A stretch of DNA of 64,000 bases from positions 240,932,001 to 240,996,000 of the forward strand of contig OZ024743.1 in NCBI GenBank assembly GCA_964016885.1, written 5' to 3'. Numbering within the stretch: the stretch's first letter is position 1; each line of letters begins with the position of its first letter. The notes beneath the pieces are model-generated. The model was not told the DNA's origin. It saw only the letters and a list, made by a program, of their open reading frames with translations, and made no database searches. Shown here piece by piece: positions 61,901 to 64,000 of this stretch. Origin of the DNA: Eledone cirrhosa (lineage: Eukaryota). Position numbers and translations under genes: made by a program.

Positions 61901-64000
61901 AAAACATCATCACAACAACCAACAACAAAACCCTATCACCACCACCATCAACAACAACATCATCATCACAACCAACAACAAAACTCTATCACCAACACCA
62001 TCAACAAAAACATCATCACAACAACCAACAACAAAACCCTATCACCACCACCATCAACAACAACATCATCATCACAACCAACAACAAAACCCTATCACCA
62101 TCACCATCAACAACAACATCATCATCACAACCATCAACAAAACCCTATCACCACCACCATCAACAAAAACATCATCACAACAACCTACAACAAAACACTA
62201 TCACCACCACCATCAACAAAAACATCATCACAACAACCAACAACAAAACGCTATCACCACCACCATCAACAAAAACATCATCATCACAACCAACAACAAA
62301 AACCTATCACCACCACAACCAACAACAACATCATCACAACAACCAACAACAAAACACTATCACCACCACCATCAACAACAACATCATCACAACAACCAAC
62401 AACAAAACCCTATCACCACCACCATCAACAAAAACATCATCACAACAACCTACAACAAAACACTATCACCACCACCATCAACAAAAACATCATCACAACA
62501 ACCAACAACAAAACGCTATCACCACCACCATCAACAAAAACATCATCAACACAACCAACAACAAAAACCTATCACCACCACAACCAACAACAACATCATC
62601 ACAACAACCAACAACAAAACACTATCACCACCACCATCAACAACAACATCATCACAACAACCAACAACAAAACCCTATCACCACCACCATCAACAAAAAC
62701 ATCATCACAACATCCAACAACAAAACCCTATCACCACCATCAACAACAACATCATCATCACAACCAACAACAAAACCCTATCACCACCACCATCAACAAC
62801 AACATCATCACAACAACCAACAACAAAACCCTATCACCACCACCACCAACAACAACATCATCATCACAACCAACAACAAAACCCTATCACCACCACCATC
62901 CACAACAACATCATCACAACAACCAACAACAAAACACTATAACCACCACCATCAACAACAACATCATCATCACAACCAACAACAAAACCCTACCACCACC
63001 ACCATCAACAACAACATCATCACAACAACCAACAACAAAACCCTATCACCACCACCATCAACAACAACATCATCACCACAACCAACAACAAAACCCTGTC
63101 TCCACCACCATCAACAACAACATCATAATCACAACCAACAACAAAACCCTATCACCACCACCATCAACAACAACATCATCACAACATCCAACAACAAAAC
63201 CCTATCACCACCATCAACAACAACATCATCATCACAACCAACAACAAAACCCTATCACCACCACCATCAACAAAAACATCATCACAACAACCAACATCAA
63301 AACCCTATCACCACCACCATCAACAACAACATCATCATCACAACCAACAACAAAACCCTATCACCACAACATCAACAAAAACATCATCACAACAACCAAC
63401 AACAAAACCCTATCACCACCACCATCAACAACAACATCATCATCACAACCAACAACAAAACTCTATCACCAACACCATCAACAAAAACATCATCACAACA
63501 ACCAACAACAAAACCCTATCACCACCACCATCAACAACAACATCATCATCACAACCAACAACAAAACCCTATCACCACCACCATCAACAAAAACATCATC
63601 ACAACAACCAACAACAAAACCCTATCACCACCACCATCAACAACAACATCATCATCACAACCAACAACAAAACCCTGTCACCACCTCCATCAACAACAAC
63701 ATCATCATCACAACCAACAACAAAACCCTATCACCACCACCATCAACAACAACATCATCACAACATCCAACAACAAAACCCTATCACCACAACATCAACA
63801 ACAACATCATCAGCACAACCAACAACAAAACCCTATCACCACCACCATCAACAACAACATCATCACAACAACCAACAACAAAACCCTATCACCACCACCA
63901 TCAACAAAAACATCATCACAACAACCAACAACAAAACCCTATCACCACCACCATCAACAACAACATCATCATCACAACCAACAACAAAACCCTATCACCA
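57880..64000 (+). repeat. 2,321-bp and 1,477-bp tandem duplications at the right end
   Basis: The tccacaac / actataacc / cctaccacc marker cluster occurs at 59101, 61422 and 62899 (spacings 2321, 1477). ccgtc G at 58202/60523 (2321). Confidence 0.75.

Larger units (their letters stand above)
209..64000 (+). repeat. 53-bp satellite/minisatellite tandem array, about 1,200 monomers, single orientation
   Basis: The CCCTAT/CACTAT/CCCTGT anchor recurs every 53 bp (e.g. 223 then 276). Type A monomer: ccctatcaccaccaccatcaacaacaacatcatcacaacaaccaacaacaaaa (22 C, 26 A, 5 T, 0 G). Length variants of 38, 47, 50, 52, 54 and 56 bp occur. No unique sequence or inversion seen. Confidence 0.99.

Noticed and set aside
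209-64000. CRISPR array or other repeat-spacer system
   Set aside because: There are no unique spacers, the whole unit is repeated, and there is no palindromic repeat, leader or cas gene.
209-64000. Canonical telomerase-made telomere tract
   Set aside because: AAACCCT is never tandem and makes up only 7-9 of 53 bp. Kb-scale duplications of variants indicate recombinational amplification rather than templated addition.
209-64000. Minus-strand coding (Val/Gly/Leu/Cys/Trp-rich)
   Set aside because: TGA and TAG occur in every monomer and the frame rotates each unit, so every minus frame is closed within about 159 bp.
209-64000. Embedded transposon, inversion or unique island
   Set aside because: Reading through the window I found no G-rich stretch or non-monomer sequence. 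An inversion would stand out as a G/T-rich segment.

Overview
Apart from 8 bp of (GA)n and a 200-N assembly gap (9-208), the window (209-64000, open at the right edge) is one uninterrupted head-to-tail tandem array of a 53-bp monomer, about 1,200 copies. The consensus is CCCTAT CAC CAC CAC CAT CAA CAA CAA CAT CAT CA[CA|TC]AC AAC CAA CAA CAA AA. I see no credible genes, RNA genes, transposons or CRISPR arrays. The listed ORFs are by-products of a + strand that almost lacks G and therefore lacks stop codons. This looks like a eukaryotic satellite/minisatellite built from CAH trinucleotide runs plus one telomere-like AAAACCCTA per unit. It has near-total C/G strand asymmetry and two main monomer types. 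Rare variants, read by eye, show nested duplications with periods of about 0.26, 0.3, 0.58, 1.5, 2.3, 3.06, 3.43, 4.4, 9.3 and 10.8 kb. They also show two subfamily domains (about 0.2-29.5 kb and 37-64 kb) joined by a more diverged seam (about 29.5-37 kb). All offsets are manual marker readings and need dot-plot confirmation. The organism and any function (telomeric or centromeric) cannot be determined from this sequence.
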